Assembly (NCBI GenBank): GCA_026026165.1 | Contig: JAPEUD010000031.1 | Location: 1 to 64,000 of the forward strand | Length of the DNA: 64,000 nucleotides | DNA from: Sarea resinae | Taxonomy: Eukaryota | Direction: 5' to 3' | Shown: positions 60,918 through 64,000 of the stretch, piece by piece | How positions within the stretch are numbered: position 1 is the first letter of the stretch | How the letters are laid out: each line of letters starts with the position of its first letter | Notes under the pieces: generated by a model | Database searches by the model: none | Seen by the model: the letters and a program-made list of their open reading frames with translations, nothing else | What the model was told of the DNA's origin: nothing | Translations under genes and position numbers: made by a program

Positions 60918-61481
60918 ATCTCGACCACCGCCATCCCTTTCAAGCCCCAACGCTTCACCACTCTCTCTTCTCCATCGCAGAAGCCAGGTGCAAGCCCCAC
61001 TCGCTGGCTTTGGTGACTGGCGCGATTGAGCAATTATGCCTTCGTGCATCTTTCCGCGACGTTGATGTGCATTTGCTTGTCGGTTCACCATCCTGCCAAT
61101 CCCATTTATCCGTTTCCCGTCTCCGTAATCCCTAGATCCCGGCCTGAGCGGCCATCCGACCACGAGGAGGGCTTATACACTCACGGTCGGCTTCCATGTC
61201 GGGTTTATATGCCCTTGAGTAGATTTGCTGCATGTGTCTGCGTAGGTGCGTCAGATTGCTGTCATGTGTAAGCGATGAGCAGGGGAGAAACGGACTTTGT
61301 AGCGGGCGAGGTTGAGCCACCATCGCGTTCCCCGGTCGATGGAGATGGGAGATGAAGACTGTGTGTGTGTCTTCTGGTGTGTGAGCCAAGTCGCCATGTC
61401 AAGTATGCTTACGGGGGTAAAAGCGACGAACCTCAGAACTGACAAAGACCAGCCACCATCGCGTAGGGTATGATCGTTCAC

Positions 61482-62314
61482 TCACTGGCCCGTTTGGGAC
61501 GGCAAAGGACCTTGGCGGTCAAGCTTGCGTAGACGTCGTCGAGCAGTCTGTCTCGATTGGGCGTAGGATAATTTGAGGCGAGATGCGGCCTCTTTTGGTA
61601 ATGCCAGGTTTTTTACTTGTGGTTTGGCGCCGTATATAGAAGGCGCAGGCGTAGATGCCCGACGATTTGGGGCCATTTTGGTGGGTGGTGGGTCGGCCAT
61701 AGAAATGGGAGGCGCGACCAAAGGTGGTCTAGCGCTGTTGTTTGGGTCGACCTGTATAATGACTCGTAAGGTGATTGTTGACCGCCCAATCTCGTCCGAC
61801 GTCCGAAAAGGTACAAGTTTCAGATCTGACTTGTAAGTAAGTACTTGAAGGACAGAAAGGTGACATCAACCATACCATTTGGATGATGCTTTTGAGAGTC
61901 AGGGCCACCGGCGTCTTTTTGGGTCCCGAGGTACCTGTGTGGCGACAAGGTTACTTGACCATTCCAGGCCAGGGAATTTCAAGGCCTACCTTAAGCAGTC
62001 TAATAGACGTGCCCGTATTCTCCATACTCTTCCAGCCTCTTCCGGAGGCAGGAGGCCTCGTATTCCTTCATGTGGTAGCTACGGAATACGTAGCTAAGTG
62101 TCCTGTAGCGGGTCTCGAGCATCTGTTCCCACTCGTCCCACTTTCGATCGCCTTTGGAGATGCGACCGGGTGTTTTGGTCTTCTTGGTGAAAATGCTCGA
62201 CATGCGCTGGGTGAGTGACCTCTTGGGCCGGTCCAGAGTGATGGAGAAAAGAAATGGGGTTCCGTTGGTGTAGCTAGGAGCCTCGCAGTGTTCGAAAACG
62301 CGTTTAGGAGACAT
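61482..62314 (-). CDS. Hypothetical or decayed small gene
   Basis: ATG in AAAATG context, TATATA ~165 bp upstream, intron-like segments and open frames. I could not build one unambiguous spliced ORF. Confidence 0.3.
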
Positions 62315-62526
62315 TTTCGGTTTTCGGTATGAACGATGCTTTCGATAGAGGGCAAAAGTTCAAGGACTAAAGCCCAAGAAAAAAGGGTTGAGAGGATCAA
62401 CGGTATTCAGATTGGAAGATTTGATATGGTAACGAACTCCAAGCAAGAAAGAAGAAGGAAGGAGGGGGAGCATCGCATATATAAGTCTATTGGGCACTTG
62501 TCGCCTTCTCGCATGCCCCAAGACAG

Positions 62527-64000
62527 TCATCCCATTATTTCCTAATCAAGTCTAGTCAGTATAGTGAGGACAATTATGGGCTTGATGTCAATCTCGGACT
62601 TACGCTGGCAAACTTGCTACGAGCTCGAATAGTAGGGCCATAGAGCGCAAGCACCCAAGGTACTGCCGTCAGGACGGCGCCCTGAATCGAATAAGTATAC
62701 GGTCTATCATCATGGCTGAAAACATACTAGTCCACCCAATAAACTCGATGCACCTTGGAAGGTCATCCCGCGGTACATTGCGTCAGTGAACAGCGGAATC
62801 ACACCGCCTAGCATATTACGGCCTGCGAACAAAGGTAAGCTAGATTGCTTTGGGCGATAAATTCTGCCGTACTCGAGATTTGTAGCTCCGAGCAGAAACA
62901 GTTCCAAACAAGGATTAGATGGGCATTTACGACAGAGGGATCACATGAAAATGAGGGATGACCGAAAATCATGAATGGGTACACAAAGGACTCTACGAAA
63001 AGGAAGGACTCACAAAAAGACTGCGCCGCTATTGCTGAGCTCGCATACCGATGATATGTGTCGGCCAAATAATTGAAGGCGGCGAGATAGACTGAATAGA
63101 TACCCATGGTGGCACATCCGATCCCTATCGCAGGCACAATCCACGGCACACTCGAGAACGATGTCCAGCCGAACCAGAATAAACCGATCGGCAAGAGCGC
63201 ACTTTCAACGCATGCAAAGTAGAGTCGTTCTTCTGGGGTGGAAAATGTCTTTCCATAGCGTAGGGCGAGCTTCTCTTGGCAAATGCTCAAGATTGTCGCT
63301 AAGCTGGCACCAATGCACATTGCTATGAGGGTATTAGTATCGTCCGATTGTCAAACAGATGGGATCGACTGACCCGCAAATACAGCTCCGGTCTGCTGAA
63401 GTGTAAAACCATGCCTCGTGCTGAAGACTAATGGTATCGCATCAAAGGTCAAATATAAGACAGCCCAGCTAAAAGCCACCCATAGCGAGAAGAAGAATAC
63501 CACGGGTTCGGTTATGAGAAGGTCTATCACATCAGAACTGGAGCTTGCACGTAGATCGAATGAGGTTTCTGTGGTGGAACTTACGGAAAGGTCGATACAA
63601 CGAGACCTTGATCATTGTTTGGATGCTTTCTCGTTCCTCATCGGACTTGACTTTCCACCGAATTCGCTGGCTCTCTGTTTTCTCCGAGTCGCCATTGATT
63701 GGCATATCAAAGCCTACGTATCCTAATTGTTCTCGAGCAGCATACCACTCATTCAAGGCCTTGGCCTTTCGACTCAGCAGAACGCTGCCGCGCGATTCTC
63801 GAAAGAACAGCAAGACCGCTAAAACCATCAAACTACAGTCGATGATTTGGACGTAGAAAATCCAACGCCAGGTTGTATTTTGTGCGATGAAGCCCGATAC
63901 CAGCGGTCCCAATCCTGTCCCGAAGAGAGCGGATCCGGAAAACAATGCCATTGGGGTATTCCGATCTGCCGTATGATAAATATCGCTAATGACTCCGCCC
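62527..64000 (-). CDS. MFS transporter, DHA1 drug:H+ antiporter-like; 5' part lies outside the window
   Basis: GVISDIY..RNTPMALFS, WRWIFYVQ, ESRGSVLL, PEERL, LADTYHRYASSAIAAQSF, RARSKFAS/EIMG*; several introns. Confidence 0.93.

Noticed and set aside
53187..64000. Secondary-metabolite cluster (ALDH, methyltransferase, SDR, MFS)
   Set aside because: No backbone enzyme in the window; the methyltransferase is the housekeeping protein N-methyltransferase and the EVE gene intervenes.

Overview
Eukaryotic DNA from a filamentous ascomycete (Pezizomycotina): gene-dense, with short GT-AG introns carrying CTRAY branch sites and microsatellite-rich spacers. I can support about 19 recognisable genes. 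These are an Ame1/CENP-U-like kinetochore protein, a twin-CX9C protein, PEX20, an ANTH (Yap180/CALM) adaptor, mitochondrial AspRS, GCV1, HIS2, nudC, COX10, RPN2, CET1, MED8, MPDU1, an SMP-30/gluconolactonase, a bZIP factor, ALDH, NTM1, an EVE-domain (THYN1-like) protein and an SDR, plus a truncated DHA1 MFS transporter. There are also two weak orphan gene models and a ~4 kb decayed gene-like block. I recognised no rRNA, tRNA, CRISPR or intact transposon. The most interesting signal is a candidate translational-control system on the bZIP gene: a spliced uORF, then a GUG in optimal Kozak context opening a 75-codon in-frame extension, an AUG-UAA start-stop element and a poor-context first AUG. 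Next come a probably multi-targeted ALDH, two GC-AG introns (one next to an 18-nt microexon) and repeat expansions in Ame1, PEX20 and the EVE protein. All gene names come from motif recognition, not database searches; exon boundaries were read by eye.
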